A DNA stretch of 64,000 nucleotides from Macrostomum lignano (lineage: Eukaryota). Every line of letters starts with the position of its first letter. Position 1 is the stretch's first letter. Under the pieces are notes generated by a model, which saw nothing but the letters and a program-made list of their open reading frames with translations, did not search any database and had not been told where the DNA came from. Location of the stretch: assembly GCA_002269645.1 (NCBI GenBank), contig NIVC01000126.1:1-64000 (forward strand), read 5' to 3'. Shown here piece after piece: positions 63,201 through 64,000 of this stretch. Made by a program: the position numbers and the translations under genes.

Positions 63201-63689
63201 GTTCCATTATTCCCGATAACAGAATGCGCAGATTGATACTAAGACGTCAGACTTTGTTTTGAATAGTTTTAAATCGCAATTTCCCTCCTATTGGTCATCC
63301 AGCCCGTTAGCCAATGGATTTGCAAGCGCTTGACTATATGACAGTTTCTGGGAAGTCTGCCCGTGGTTTGTTGAAGCTCTTCCAGAGGTAGAATGGCATA
63401 GCCAATAGTTGATGGGACTGATTGTGATAAACGTTTGAAATTGTAGTCCTATATAGAAACAGTTAAAACTTGAATCCCCAGGCTTACTGTACTGTATTGA
63501 AGTTAAACGAACTGACTTTCCAAACGATTTAACAACAGTTCTTTTTCGCATGAATTCATTTGACACATAAAAAGCCATGGACGGGCCGGATTCTTACGAT
63601 GGATGCACTTTCTGCGGCGACTTTGAAGATGGCATCAACTGGGTGAGTGTGCCGGCGCATGGCACGCAGCGACTCTTCTGCCGACTTTT

Positions 63690-64000
63690 CGCTACCGACT
63701 CTTTTCTACCGACTCTTTTCTGCCGACTCTTTTCTACCGACTCTTATCTACCGACTCTTATCTACTGCCTCTTATCTACTGCTTCTTATCTACTGACTCT
63801 TATCTACCGACTCTTTTCTACTGCCTCTTATCTACTGCCTCTTATCTACTGCCTCTTATCTACCGACTCTTATCTACTGCCTCTTATCTACTGACTCTTA
63901 TCTACCGACTCTTTTCTACCGACTCTTATCTACTGCCTCTTATCTACTGCTTCTTATCTACTGACTCTTATCTACCGACTCTTTTCTACTGCCTCTTATC
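63690..64000 (+). repeat. 14-bp minisatellite TATCTAC(CGA/TGC)CTCT
   Basis: About 22 copies running off the right edge. Confidence 0.93.

Noticed and set aside
825-63262. Dozens of long ORFs with periodic peptides (e.g. IHSFTDADGV, PTCLPAYL, QETGAPT, RNWGGDPQ, PYLPPLPTSLRSL)
   Set aside because: They are translations of stop-free minisatellites, open in several frames and on both strands at once, with no splice or start context.
1-64000. CRISPR-like appearance of 21-49-bp direct repeats
   Set aside because: Units are head-to-tail with no unique spacers, there are no cas genes, and the context is eukaryotic and spliced.

Overview
Eukaryotic (animal) genomic DNA, not prokaryotic. About a third of the window (~20 kb by my hand estimate) is minisatellite or microsatellite, and most ORFs in the supplied track are artefacts of these arrays. 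The composition resembles a free-living flatworm such as Macrostomum; this is an unverified inference. Two minus-strand, intron-containing genes can be rebuilt by hand. (1) A GDNF-family-receptor-alpha/GAS1-like secreted, Cys-rich gene: signal-peptide exon at 29363-29405, exons scattered down to ~278, continuing off the left edge. It has up to six GDNF/GAS1-type domains: one fully intact, three carrying single-base frameshifts and two badly decayed. (2) A 7-finger C2H2 zinc-finger gene: large exon 52227-55644 spliced to a Gln/Pro/His-rich terminal exon 46700-47154, ~1290 aa. Mobile elements are a dead DD34D mariner (59191-61004) interrupted by a hAT-type MITE, two more hAT-type non-autonomous elements with 8-bp TSDs, four tRNA-headed SINE copies from three families, a second mariner remnant and a fold-back element. 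The most unusual pattern is that modular receptor exons are bracketed by sister minisatellite arrays derived from one ancestral unit. No CRISPR, rRNA or bona fide tRNA gene was found.
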